Of a stretch of DNA of 64,000 nt, positions 38,789 to 49,583 are shown piece by piece. Below the pieces are notes generated by a model, which was not told where the DNA came from, searched no databases, and saw nothing but the letters and a program-made list of their open reading frames with translations. Origin of the DNA: a virus (lineage: Duplodnaviria; Caudoviricetes); IMG/VR virus record IMGVR_UViG_3300046820_001270, positions 256,001-320,000 of that record; one strand, written 5' to 3'. A program made the position numbers and the translations under genes. Positions within the stretch are counted from its first letter, which is position 1; each line of letters begins with the position of its first letter.

Positions 38789-41700
38789 ATGATGCAAAAA
38801 CATAGAATTTCAACCAATTTAGGAGTCGATCAAAAAATTACAGTCGAATTAAAACAAGATTTCGATGTATTGGAGATTTTATCTCTTAAATTCTCTCAAT
38901 CAGATATATATACATCTATATGTTCAGACTATGGTGTTGTTTGTGGTAGAGTTACCGCCAATAATGGTTTTGGTCTTGGTAATGCTCGTGTTTCTATTTT
39001 CATACCTTTATCTGCAGAAGATGAAGAAGATCCTGTAATATCAAAATTATATCCATACAAAGAGGTTACAGATAAAGATGATAACAATTACAGATACAAT
39101 TTATTACCAAAAAGACAACAACATGGTGGCCACGCTCCCACAGGTACATTCCCTGATCAAAGCGAAATTTTAGGGAGAGAAGAGGTTTTAGAGGTTTATG
39201 AGAAATATTATAAATTTACGGTAAAAACAAATGGTGCGGGTGATTTTATGATATGGGGAGTTCCGATCGGAAACCAAACCGTACACGTTGATGTAGATTT
39301 ATCAGATATCGGATGTTTTTCATTAAGACCAAATGATTTCCAAAGAATGGGAATTGGTTTGGATCAATTTAAAAATAAATATAGTTTTAAATCTTCAGAG
39401 GATATTGATTCATTACCTCAAATAGCAACATTTGATAGAGTTATAGAAGTTTATCCTTTTTGGGGAAACGAAGATTTATGTGAAATTGGTATCTCAAGAA
39501 CTGATTTTGATTTATCAGATAAAGGAATTAATATATTACCGAGAGCATATCTAATAGGAGGAACTTACACCGATAGTGCTAAAAATGCAATTAATAAAAA
39601 TTGTACCCCAAGAAAGAAAATGGGTAGAAAATGTGATTTAGTTGTAAAATCAGCAAAGGTTGAGGCTATAAGATTTAGTCAAATTAAAGATGAATATAAT
39701 AGACCATATTTACAATATCTTAATTTTGATGAAGATGTTCCAGATGATGGAGGGTTTGTAATACCAATTGTAATGAACATGGATTTTGTTATTACAAATG
39801 AGTTTGGGGAAAATGAAATCACAAATGATCCAAATAAAGGTATCGCAACGTCAGGTTGTTATAGATTTAGATTTAACATAAATGATCAAGGATTAGAAAG
39901 GGCTAGACAAAACGCCGATTACTTAATACCAAACGTAAGAGAATATGGGCATTTTAAAACTCCATCGGACCAAACTAGTGAATGGTTAATTAAAGATGAA
40001 TCATATGCGTTTTCAACAAATTATAACGATTATTGGCCAGATGCTTTACCATTAATTTTAAATAACGAAGACGGACAGTTTTATCCAAAAGATTATTTTT
40101 ATAGATTTAGTTATAATAAAGTTTACACGGTGTCGTCTTTTCAAGGATCAACACAAGCACAAACGGGATCATTTGGTTTCGGAAATAATAGATATTTGGG
40201 GTTAAAAGATTTAGCACCTGGAGAAGAAGAAGATTGTACTGATAACCTAACCCCACCTGTAAATTTTGGTACTAAAAATTATACTTTTCCACTTTTAATT
40301 GCTGACATATTGTTATTGTTAGAATATCTTTTTAATTTTATCACTTTATTATTTTTTAATTCAGCATCAAGATTATTACACGAAACTGCAGATTGGGCTT
40401 TAGATCGAGGTTGGCCAATGGCACGTCTTGGTAAGTATCTAAAAAAATTGGCATATAATTTACAAGATAGTGGACAAAAAGGGTTAGGTCTTATAACTTA
40501 TCCTGAATGTGATGAATGTTCGGCTGGAGAATTTGGAGCAACTAGCAATTTTACCGAAAAAAGAATTAAATTTTGTAGAGTAGGTACTGTAAAATTAATT
40601 AAATCACAAGTAGGTCAGGGAGGTAGTTTAGAAGCACATGATATTAGTTTCTCCACTTCTTTTTTAAAGGGAGCATGTATTGCATATAACCAACAAAATA
40701 ATATTATTCCAAGTGGAGGGTTCGGTGGATTTAGACCGGTACAACAAAATTATTATTTAAATGACACCTACATTGAATTAACAAAAACAAACACGGAGGG
40801 GGGTTCATATTTTTGGGAAGAAACACTTATCGATATTAGTTGGGATTTAGGTTATTTAGGATCTGGAGGAGTTAACTCAACGATACAACATTTCAGAGAT
40901 GGTACAGGCGAATATTCCGCAGAAACAGGTTGGTTTTATCCTGGCATTTATTATAAATATTATGATGAGGATGGTGTTGATTGGTCAAGTGGAGGACCGT
41001 CACAAGGTATAGTGAATGTTGCATTAGAAAGTGGTTGTGATATATATGATTCACCTTATAATGAAGCTTTAGTAAACAGATATTATACATCTGAAACAGG
41101 AGATAGATCACCAATTTTACCTTCAGCTTACAATCCAAATACAATGGATTTAGTTGGTGCAAATTTAACAGATGATGGAAAATTTAAATTAATAAAACAA
41201 TATAGTGATAAATCTTATTCACCATTCACACCATCAGGTCAATCAGAATTTAAAGATGGTATGTTTTACGTTGTCCCCGGATCTCAAACAAACGCAAGAT
41301 TATTAGGTATTTTAAAAGAACACCGTATTAGAAAAAGAGTTGGTAAATTATTTTGTGGAGGAATTGTTAGTTATTCATATATAGATAACTGGTTATCAGG
41401 TTCTTTATATTTTTATCAGTTTAAAGCTAAGAGAGTGTTTAAAATGGTAGAAAGTGCAATTAGATATTGTAGAGAAACTGTAAGATTTGTAACGGCAAAT
41501 AAAGTAAATAGATTTTATTATAGATCAACACCAATATTAACGGGAACAACCGTAGGATTTGTCGGTAAAGTTGAAAATAACGGACTTACTCGAAGATTAG
41601 GTCACCCAACCACATTTGTAGATTTAGGACCTAGAGATGAGTTTATTAAAGAAATATGTATAGATAAATCATTAGATCCTAACTGTTCAATATCAAGAAA

Positions 41701-42769
41701 TATTGGCCCTACATCATATAAAAATTTTGGTGAATTAATGGGTCTCGCAATTAACTATAGACTCGACACTTCAAATAACGACTATAGTATTAATAATTTT
41801 TTTGATAACACAGGGTTTAAAAATAATGGATTTCAACAAGTATTAGGTGGTGATATGTTACAATTAATTTCTATCAATAGTGAAGTGGGAATTGAAGAAT
41901 TTGATTTACAAAGTCCAAAGTATTTGGGTTATTCATATCAGTATTTAGATCCTGATTTATATCCTGATGTGTTTAAGAAAACAGGTATCGATGGAAACCA
42001 ATATTGGGGACCCGTACCTATTACTTTTGAATTAGATGATTCAGGGGAAAGAGTTAGACTTTGTTTAAACGAACCTGGTAGATTGGGTTGGGATTCCAAT
42101 ACATATGGTTCATCACAAACAGTTCCATTTTATTTATGGGATAAGAAAGGTTATGGATTTGGTGGAACATCAGAAGCAACCGCAGATAACCAATCTTGGG
42201 ATTATATGAATGTGGAATTACAACCATTACAAGGTATGACTAAGGCCTACGATTACTATGGTCAAAATGATGATGACTCAGATAAGTATATGTTATTACC
42301 TATGACAAATAATTTTAGTGGATTAACAATAACTAATATGAATGTCACAGGTGTTGAAATTGAATTTGATGATATAATAACGGGAATAACCTCTGGAACC
42401 ACAATTGAAATAGGACCAACAACAGGTAATACATTATATAACGGAGAATATCCTGGTTATACAATTTTAATGGTAGATACGGGAACATTAGAAGAACCTC
42501 TTACAGGTAGATTATATGTTAGAATTGGACCGGCAATGGGCAATAGTATTCATTTAGGTAGAACAATAACAAATGGATTTTATAAAATGAGCTGGACTCC
42601 AAATATGGATTTCATGATATTACCTAAAAAAGATTATTACTCAACCACGACAAAACAAATTTTGTCAACACCGTTCCAATTTTATTTCGGATTGAAAGCC
42701 GGTAAAACCGGACTTGATAAATTTATAGACCAATTTGGTCCAAAGGGAGCGTTCCCATCAGCTGAATAA
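38789..42769 (+). CDS. Large baseplate-associated structural protein
   Basis: 1326 aa after gp6; N-terminal beta-sandwich (GVVCGRVTANNGFGLGNARVSIFIP); TATTTAT upstream. Confidence 0.6.
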   Translation: MMQKHRISTNLGVDQKITVELKQDFDVLEILSLKFSQSDIYTSICSDYGVVCGRVTANNGFGLGNARVSIFIPLSAEDEEDPVISKLYPYKEVTDKDDNNYRYNLLPKRQQHGGHAPTGTFPDQSEILGREEVLEVYEKYYKFTVKTNGAGDFMIWGVPIGNQTVHVDVDLSDIGCFSLRPNDFQRMGIGLDQFKNKYSFKSSEDIDSLPQIATFDRVIEVYPFWGNEDLCEIGISRTDFDLSDKGINILPRAYLIGGTYTDSAKNAINKNCTPRKKMGRKCDLVVKSAKVEAIRFSQIKDEYNRPYLQYLNFDEDVPDDGGFVIPIVMNMDFVITNEFGENEITNDPNKGIATSGCYRFRFNINDQGLERARQNADYLIPNVREYGHFKTPSDQTSEWLIKDESYAFSTNYNDYWPDALPLILNNEDGQFYPKDYFYRFSYNKVYTVSSFQGSTQAQTGSFGFGNNRYLGLKDLAPGEEEDCTDNLTPPVNFGTKNYTFPLLIADILLLLEYLFNFITLLFFNSASRLLHETADWALDRGWPMARLGKYLKKLAYNLQDSGQKGLGLITYPECDECSAGEFGATSNFTEKRIKFCRVGTVKLIKSQVGQGGSLEAHDISFSTSFLKGACIAYNQQNNIIPSGGFGGFRPVQQNYYLNDTYIELTKTNTEGGSYFWEETLIDISWDLGYLGSGGVNSTIQHFRDGTGEYSAETGWFYPGIYYKYYDEDGVDWSSGGPSQGIVNVALESGCDIYDSPYNEALVNRYYTSETGDRSPILPSAYNPNTMDLVGANLTDDGKFKLIKQYSDKSYSPFTPSGQSEFKDGMFYVVPGSQTNARLLGILKEHRIRKRVGKLFCGGIVSYSYIDNWLSGSLYFYQFKAKRVFKMVESAIRYCRETVRFVTANKVNRFYYRSTPILTGTTVGFVGKVENNGLTRRLGHPTTFVDLGPRDEFIKEICIDKSLDPNCSISRNIGPTSYKNFGELMGLAINYRLDTSNNDYSINNFFDNTGFKNNGFQQVLGGDMLQLISINSEVGIEEFDLQSPKYLGYSYQYLDPDLYPDVFKKTGIDGNQYWGPVPITFELDDSGERVRLCLNEPGRLGWDSNTYGSSQTVPFYLWDKKGYGFGGTSEATADNQSWDYMNVELQPLQGMTKAYDYYGQNDDDSDKYMLLPMTNNFSGLTITNMNVTGVEIEFDDIITGITSGTTIEIGPTTGNTLYNGEYPGYTILMVDTGTLEEPLTGRLYVRIGPAMGNSIHLGRTITNGFYKMSWTPNMDFMILPKKDYYSTTTKQILSTPFQFYFGLKAGKTGLDKFIDQFGPKGAFPSAE

Positions 42770-44661
42770 TGAAAAAGAAAGAAATATTATTACCTACTGA
42801 AAGGTATTTTAAGGCGGAAGAACAGGATCTTAATTTAAATATAAAATTAGAGAATGATGAAACTTTATTAAGAGAAGGTGATAAAGATATTGTTTTAAAT
42901 TTAGCTGAATTATATAACGAAGAAAGAAACAAAAGTGCTAATTATAAAATATTTGGTAAAATAAAAATGGTATTTAGAAATATGTATTCCGGATATACCG
43001 ATTATACGCCACTATTAAAGAATTTTTATTTAGTAAATGACGGGACATCAGAAAATACCGCCGATAGTACTATTGGATTTGTTCCATATAACGAATTTGC
43101 ATTTCATAGGAATGATGTTAAAAGAGAAGTTTCCACACCTAAATCAGGATCAATAATAGGTATCCCTAATAACGTACCTAGTGTTACAATACCATCTGGT
43201 AATAGATTTACAGGACATACGTCAACAACAGTAATGGAAGCCCCGTATAAAAATTGGAATCTTTATTTAAGTTATGTTTATACAGGACAAACGGATTTCC
43301 CAATGAAATATACATTATCAGGGGACACTAATGGTAATAAAACATATTCATTTAACTCTGGAGACGGAATACCATTTAGAGTTACCGATGACGGTGGAAA
43401 TTATTACACTTTAACATCACCAGTGGAACATGGATTTAGTCAAGGTGAGTATATTATATTATCAGGAGGAACTTATACAACATATTCAGGAATTACAACA
43501 GGTAAGACATTTTATACAATTCCAATAACAAAAGATACTGAAATATATAGAATTTTTTATATTGATAATGTCGGTAACGAAATATATGATTCAGAAAAAT
43601 ACGTAATTAATATTTTAAAAAGTGAATTTACATCGGGAACAACATTAAGTTCTGTAGTGTTAGGTAGGAGGTGTAAAAACATTAATGATATAACAGGAAC
43701 AACATCCCAATATTATGTACACAAACATAAAACATTATCAACAATCAATGATTATATTTTAGATAAAGTTGGTTTTGAAAATACAATATGGGAAGATGAA
43801 AGAAAAATTTTATTTGAAAATACTTTACAAGAAAATGACATTCTAGTAGAAAGAAATAGACAAGAAACTTTATTGTTTGATTTTAAAAATAATTTTACAT
43901 TATCAGGAATAACAAATAATTTGGGATACACACCAACTGAGGTATATGCTAGTATTATTTTTAAAAATGAAAATGGATTTTTTACTTACCCACCAAAAGT
44001 AGGTTATAAATTTAATTTTCATAATGATTGGATGGATAATCAATTTAGTGGTTCAACATCAAACGAAACAACAATATCAACAAGAACATTTACAGGAAAT
44101 ACTTCAGGATTTACATTTATAGGTGGACAAGTGACTGGTTTAACAAAGGGAACAGTTTTAACCGGTGCATTTGTGGAATATAATAGAGGTGAAATTAAAG
44201 AAAGAATTATTAGTGAAACATATCATAAATTTTCACATAGAAAAACAACAGGAGACGGAAAAAGGTTTTTTGACCATTCCCAAGATCAATCAAGTTTTTA
44301 TTCTGGTGCAACAGCATCTAATCCGGTAGGATATTATTATCAACCACATCATAGAATTAAACTAAGAGAATTATCACCTTACATTGAAAGTTCAAAATTA
44401 GATTCAACACAACCACAAACTTTAATTGATTTACCTGAAAATACCATTTTTGACAATGCGGAAAAACTTTGGAAATGGAGAGATCTTTATGATCACGGAT
44501 TTATTGATCAAGAAGGAAATGGAACAAATTTTCCATTTATGAATAATTCACATTATGTTATGAAAAATATTAATTTTTATTTAAGAAATGAAAATTCATA
44601 TATAAATAAAAACGATGAGTTAATTGGATTTAATAATTATAGAAATAAAACTAACTGTTAA
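42769..44661 (+). CDS. Baseplate/tail-associated structural protein
   Basis: 630 aa, translationally coupled (TAATG) within the wedge cluster; 15 [ST]GxT motifs. Confidence 0.55.
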   Translation: MKKKEILLPTERYFKAEEQDLNLNIKLENDETLLREGDKDIVLNLAELYNEERNKSANYKIFGKIKMVFRNMYSGYTDYTPLLKNFYLVNDGTSENTADSTIGFVPYNEFAFHRNDVKREVSTPKSGSIIGIPNNVPSVTIPSGNRFTGHTSTTVMEAPYKNWNLYLSYVYTGQTDFPMKYTLSGDTNGNKTYSFNSGDGIPFRVTDDGGNYYTLTSPVEHGFSQGEYIILSGGTYTTYSGITTGKTFYTIPITKDTEIYRIFYIDNVGNEIYDSEKYVINILKSEFTSGTTLSSVVLGRRCKNINDITGTTSQYYVHKHKTLSTINDYILDKVGFENTIWEDERKILFENTLQENDILVERNRQETLLFDFKNNFTLSGITNNLGYTPTEVYASIIFKNENGFFTYPPKVGYKFNFHNDWMDNQFSGSTSNETTISTRTFTGNTSGFTFIGGQVTGLTKGTVLTGAFVEYNRGEIKERIISETYHKFSHRKTTGDGKRFFDHSQDQSSFYSGATASNPVGYYYQPHHRIKLRELSPYIESSKLDSTQPQTLIDLPENTIFDNAEKLWKWRDLYDHGFIDQEGNGTNFPFMNNSHYVMKNINFYLRNENSYINKNDELIGFNNYRNKTNC

Positions 44662-47252
44662 TGGAGATATTAAAAAATAACACTAATTTAAATGTTGTTA
44701 TTAATACTGAACAAAATTTTAGGACTGATTTAGGTTGGCAGGAAAACTTTGCAGATTTTGAAAAGGAAGTTTTAGAAGACATTGTTAATCCGGCAAAGAA
44801 TTATGAAACAGTTAGATACATTCACAGACCTTATACAAGTACAACTGAATTATTACAATGTGATATTTGGTTTAGTTTTTATTTTATTAGCGGATCAACA
44901 TACGTACAAGATTATTATTCGGACAATGTACAAATAACAACAAGAGAGAATGAACTAATGTTGAGACAATCAACAGAAAGTTTCTTTAGATTAGAATTTT
45001 ATAAAACACCCGGTACTGTAACTAATGGAGTACTAACATGCGATCCCCCAACAAGACAAAATAGAAGATTTGTTAATAGTAAAAATCTTTCTTTACCATT
45101 AGGTGAAAAGTTTTTTTATGAACCAGAAAATTCAGGTTATTATATTCATTTACCAATTTTTACAGGATCAAATTATAGGAATAAAGAAAATATGTATTTG
45201 TTTTGGTTTGATGATGAAAGTGTATTAGAAGATAGTAATTTAAGTGGAACAACAACTTTGGATAGATATATTTTTACAAAAAACGTTACAGGAAACACTT
45301 CATTTTTATTTGTTAACGAATTCAATCAAATAATTCAAGTTTTATTAACGGGAAATACACCAACGATATTATCGGGAACAACAGGTCAAACATTTGATAT
45401 TTCAGGTGTTAATTATTATGTGGAAAAAAGAAGTGACGGATCACCGTACTATCACGGAATGAATACATTCTTTATGACCGCAAAATTCTTTAATGGTAAA
45501 GATGGTAGTATTTTAGATTTTACTAATTCAGGATTTACTACAGGTCATACTGTAAATGAATCTTCGGATATGTACTATCAAGTTGATTTTGATAATTATG
45601 AAAGAACATATCAAATATACAAATATAGTGGAGGTACAAAAGGAAGTAGAGTTGGAACTAGTAATACAAGTTTAACAAATACAATTGAATTTTACGAAAA
45701 GGGAGGTGCAATTAAAATGACACCATTACCAACCGCAACAACACCTATAGGAACAACACCCACCCCAACACCTACCCCAACACCTACACCGGCGGCCGTT
45801 CAATATTGGTATCATTTAAAAAGATGTGACGCAAATGTGGTTGAATATTCTATTAGATATAATCTTAATACTTTTACAATTGGACAAATAGTATATGGTC
45901 ACGACACACATTATTACTATACTGTAACAGGCAGTACTGCAACAACAAGCACAAATCCAGGTTCGTCAAATATATTAATTGACACTACAACATTTACTAG
46001 ATGTGAAGATACACCATATTATGTACAGACAAGATCTAAAATAACATTGGCGGATATACCATTTTATTCTGGTTTAACATCAACAGATCTTATAAATAAA
46101 GTTTGTAACAAAACAATTGGCCAAATTACTGAAGGTACTGCAACTTCTTTAGATGTATGGGTAGATGATGATCCATATGTATTTGGTACAACATATACGG
46201 CATATTTATCAAGTACAGGAAATACAATATATGTGGGAGGCAACAGACATTATGGAGTAATTGAAAATAATATTATAACTTCAATTTTATTTATTTCTAG
46301 TAATAATTCAGAAAATAATTTATATGCGTGGAAAGCGTGTGGAGAACCATTTAATGAAGATGACTGTTTTGTTTATGTAAATAACACTGCGTATACTTCT
46401 TTAGTAGATTATAAAGATTGTTTTACACAAACATGGAATTATTCATTTCCTGTTCCACCATATACTGGAGTTTGTGCGGCGTACGGAACAGTCACGGTTA
46501 TAAGTGGTGCGGATTTAATGAAGACAGAAAATAGTTGTGGACCAACACCTACACCAACACCATCTAGTACTCCAACACCAACACCTACACCAACACCATC
46601 TAGTACTTCCACACCGACACCAACACCTACACCAACAAGTGACGGATCTACATCAACTCCAACACCTACCGCAACACCCACACCAACACCTAGCCCAACA
46701 TCTAATTGTGTAACATCTGTACAATTTGAGGTTGATTTGGGAGGTCAAGTTAGATATGTGGATTGTTGTGGTAATACACTATATCCCAATTTCGGTATTG
46801 GACCACAAGTAATAAACGATTGTATTCAAATTGATTCATTATTTAGTACAAGTGCGAGTATTACGGACGTATCTTATGGATCAACGCCTTGTAGTTGTGT
46901 GTCAACCCCAACCTCAACACCAACTAGTACACCAACAGTAACATCATTACCATATACGGTAACAGGAACGTATAATACCCAAGGAACTGTAAATGGGGTT
47001 GCAAATGGAACTTTAACCGTAAATAGTGGAACTGTTACGGTTACATTTGAAGTGTTTTCAGGAGTATGTTCAGGATGTTCAAATACTGGTTATTTAACAG
47101 AAGGTGCGAGTTTAACAATAACTTCGACAAATACACAATTTCCAAAAATAGAATCACAATCATTTAGTAAAGGAGTTGGGGTTCATGATTTTACAATAAC
47201 AAGTAGTCCTGATAGCGACAGTCAAAAATATGCTAGATTAACTTTCTCATAA
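44661..47252 (+). CDS. Structural protein with PT linkers and Cys-rich modules
   Basis: Globular N-terminal half, then PT tracts separating Cys-bounded modules. Confidence 0.6.
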   Translation: MEILKNNTNLNVVINTEQNFRTDLGWQENFADFEKEVLEDIVNPAKNYETVRYIHRPYTSTTELLQCDIWFSFYFISGSTYVQDYYSDNVQITTRENELMLRQSTESFFRLEFYKTPGTVTNGVLTCDPPTRQNRRFVNSKNLSLPLGEKFFYEPENSGYYIHLPIFTGSNYRNKENMYLFWFDDESVLEDSNLSGTTTLDRYIFTKNVTGNTSFLFVNEFNQIIQVLLTGNTPTILSGTTGQTFDISGVNYYVEKRSDGSPYYHGMNTFFMTAKFFNGKDGSILDFTNSGFTTGHTVNESSDMYYQVDFDNYERTYQIYKYSGGTKGSRVGTSNTSLTNTIEFYEKGGAIKMTPLPTATTPIGTTPTPTPTPTPTPAAVQYWYHLKRCDANVVEYSIRYNLNTFTIGQIVYGHDTHYYYTVTGSTATTSTNPGSSNILIDTTTFTRCEDTPYYVQTRSKITLADIPFYSGLTSTDLINKVCNKTIGQITEGTATSLDVWVDDDPYVFGTTYTAYLSSTGNTIYVGGNRHYGVIENNIITSILFISSNNSENNLYAWKACGEPFNEDDCFVYVNNTAYTSLVDYKDCFTQTWNYSFPVPPYTGVCAAYGTVTVISGADLMKTENSCGPTPTPTPSSTPTPTPTPTPSSTSTPTPTPTPTSDGSTSTPTPTATPTPTPSPTSNCVTSVQFEVDLGGQVRYVDCCGNTLYPNFGIGPQVINDCIQIDSLFSTSASITDVSYGSTPCSCVSTPTSTPTSTPTVTSLPYTVTGTYNTQGTVNGVANGTLTVNSGTVTVTFEVFSGVCSGCSNTGYLTEGASLTITSTNTQFPKIESQSFSKGVGVHDFTITSSPDSDSQKYARLTFS
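46695..46935 (+). repeat. Dispersed repeat copy A (6-Cys module cassette)
   Basis: About 90% identical (23 mismatches in 241 nt plus a 3-nt indel, hand alignment) to 60994-61237. Confidence 0.92.
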
Positions 47253-47255
47253 TAT

Positions 47256-48638
47256 ATGAAAAGAAACGAATATAAAATATTAAAAAGAGAAATACCTGAT
47301 GTGAATTTACATTCACTTACAGGACAATATTGGTTTGAATATAGTAATCAATGGTTATCTTGGGTTACAGGATCACTTCGTATTCCTGGTATGACACCTG
47401 AAACAGGTAGTTTAGTACACGATATTAGATGGTATTCAGGTATAACATATAATTTAGATGATACGTTATTTTATAGTGGTAAAACATATATTTCATTAAA
47501 AGATAGTAATTTAAATCATATTCCATCTGACGTAAGTAGTTCATATTGGAATGAAATTGAACAAAGAGCAATAAACAATACACAAGGAAAATATTATAAA
47601 TGGAATGGTAATTCGTGGGTTCTATATACAGGTCCTTTAGGATATGATTACGTTATACCAATTGCTCTTGAGGCAGACGCCGATGAAATGGGAGTGTTTT
47701 CTTCTTTTGATGGTTTTATTGAACAGGTGGAACAAATTGTAAATTTTTCTTATAAACAAAGTGAATCTACAATTACAGTATATGGTACAATGAATCCTGA
47801 TAAATTAAGAAAAATAGTAGATCAGAGTTTTACAATTAATTGGGGAGACGGAACTACAGGTTCTTTAGGTGTTAATAGTGGAGTTCTTTATAGTAATTTT
47901 CCATCTACAACACATACATATACCACAAGTGGACAACATTTAATAACAATAACGTTAGACTCCCCTTGGTCAAAACAAAAAACACAAAAAATAGTTACCA
48001 CACCCCAGAATATTACGGTATCAAATCCAATGGGAACATTTACAGGATTTACAATCCCAAGTGACGGATCTAATTTAAATTATTTAAATGATTATGAATA
48101 CGCCACAGGTTATACTGCAACACCGTCAAAACCATTTAAATTCATGGCCATCGGTCAAAGTAAAATTGGTGATTTTAAAAGATATGGTGAAACTGTACCC
48201 CGCGGAGTTGATTCAGGTTCATTAACTGACGGAACAAAGTATACAGGTTATACCGTAAATGGGTTATATTATATGGACAGAGAAGACGGTTTCACACAAA
48301 TAACGGGAAGTGTATCGAATTATAGATTCGGACCAACAAGTGGTTATACATATGAAATTAGTGGAGATACTATTAATACCATACCGTATTTAACTACAAG
48401 TGGAAATACAACTGAATTTGAAACCGAATATGATGTGATAAACTACATCACTCAACATAGATTAACAAGAAACGAACATTTCATTGGGTTTATCGATGAT
48501 CCAACCGTTTATTCTGACGTTTTTGTGGAGAGAGGCCGACAGGGAGTGATGGAAGTTAACTTAAGATTGGGGGAAATTGACAATATGAGTGAATTAGATA
48601 TCTACGGAAATGGATATTTTAAGGTAAGAAAACAATAA
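47256..48638 (+). CDS. Structural protein with a CBM5/12-like module and a PKD-like domain
   Basis: WYSGITYNLDDTLFYSGKTYISL...SYW (47430-47549) and FTINWGDG...HTY...G.HLITI. Confidence 0.55.
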   Translation: MKRNEYKILKREIPDVNLHSLTGQYWFEYSNQWLSWVTGSLRIPGMTPETGSLVHDIRWYSGITYNLDDTLFYSGKTYISLKDSNLNHIPSDVSSSYWNEIEQRAINNTQGKYYKWNGNSWVLYTGPLGYDYVIPIALEADADEMGVFSSFDGFIEQVEQIVNFSYKQSESTITVYGTMNPDKLRKIVDQSFTINWGDGTTGSLGVNSGVLYSNFPSTTHTYTTSGQHLITITLDSPWSKQKTQKIVTTPQNITVSNPMGTFTGFTIPSDGSNLNYLNDYEYATGYTATPSKPFKFMAIGQSKIGDFKRYGETVPRGVDSGSLTDGTKYTGYTVNGLYYMDREDGFTQITGSVSNYRFGPTSGYTYEISGDTINTIPYLTTSGNTTEFETEYDVINYITQHRLTRNEHFIGFIDDPTVYSDVFVERGRQGVMEVNLRLGEIDNMSELDIYGNGYFKVRKQ

Positions 48639-48662
48639 AAATTATATTTATAATAAAAGTTT

Positions 48663-49583
48663 ATGGCAGTAGGATCATACGGAATAGTTAGACCAGCAGA
48701 TGTATCACCAGATGACGTAGAAATTCTATATCATTATGCGGCCGATAGAGTCGCAACAACGGGAGTTACACTAAAAAAATTAACATCAAATCAGGTTTTA
48801 ACACCAATTTTACATACGGGAACAACAACTACAGATACGGCAGCAGTTGGAACTGAGATATTGGGAGGTTTATATAATTTACAATTAAACGCTACTGATT
48901 TTAGTGAATTAGGTATATATACACTTTATATAAGACCAAAACAATTAAGAACAACCGTTATGGATTGTGGTGTTTTAGCATCGTTACCATCAGTTAGAGG
49001 AGTTGTTGTGGATTTATCAAACGTTCCATCTGCCGATAGAAATAAGTTTACACCACAAGGTTTAGTTGGTTATAGAATTGAATATATTAATCCAAATGAT
49101 AATAAGAAATTACCTAACTTTTATAAGATAGTAACGTCTTCTTTCTTTTGTACTCCTGTAACGGCAAACTTAAATACAACAACACAAAAATCTGTAAGAT
49201 ACCAATATAGTGAAGGAGCTACAAACTTTATGTTTTTAACGGTAACACCGTCTTCAGCACCTTCAAACAAACCAAATACGGTTCCATTTATTGGTAGTCC
49301 AGGTCAAAAGATCATTTTATCAAACACATATGTTAATCCAACAACAATTGAGATTGATATGGTTGAACATGATGCATCGACACTTGCAAATGCTCTTTAC
49401 GGTAATCAAACTAAGGCGGTTGCACCGGGTATATACACAATCTACGATAAAGAAAATAACATATACAGACAATATAATTTATTCGAGATCAAAGACGACT
49501 TTAATGAAACTCTTTATGAGGTTAGAGAAAAGCGTACTGATATTGATGAAACTTTAAACTTTGACACAATTACTAATATCTAA
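48663..49583 (+). CDS. Baseplate-associated structural protein
   Basis: 306 aa in the wedge cluster with TATTTAT upstream; no family recognised with confidence. Confidence 0.55.
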   Translation: MAVGSYGIVRPADVSPDDVEILYHYAADRVATTGVTLKKLTSNQVLTPILHTGTTTTDTAAVGTEILGGLYNLQLNATDFSELGIYTLYIRPKQLRTTVMDCGVLASLPSVRGVVVDLSNVPSADRNKFTPQGLVGYRIEYINPNDNKKLPNFYKIVTSSFFCTPVTANLNTTTQKSVRYQYSEGATNFMFLTVTPSSAPSNKPNTVPFIGSPGQKIILSNTYVNPTTIEIDMVEHDASTLANALYGNQTKAVAPGIYTIYDKENNIYRQYNLFEIKDDFNETLYEVREKRTDIDETLNFDTITNI

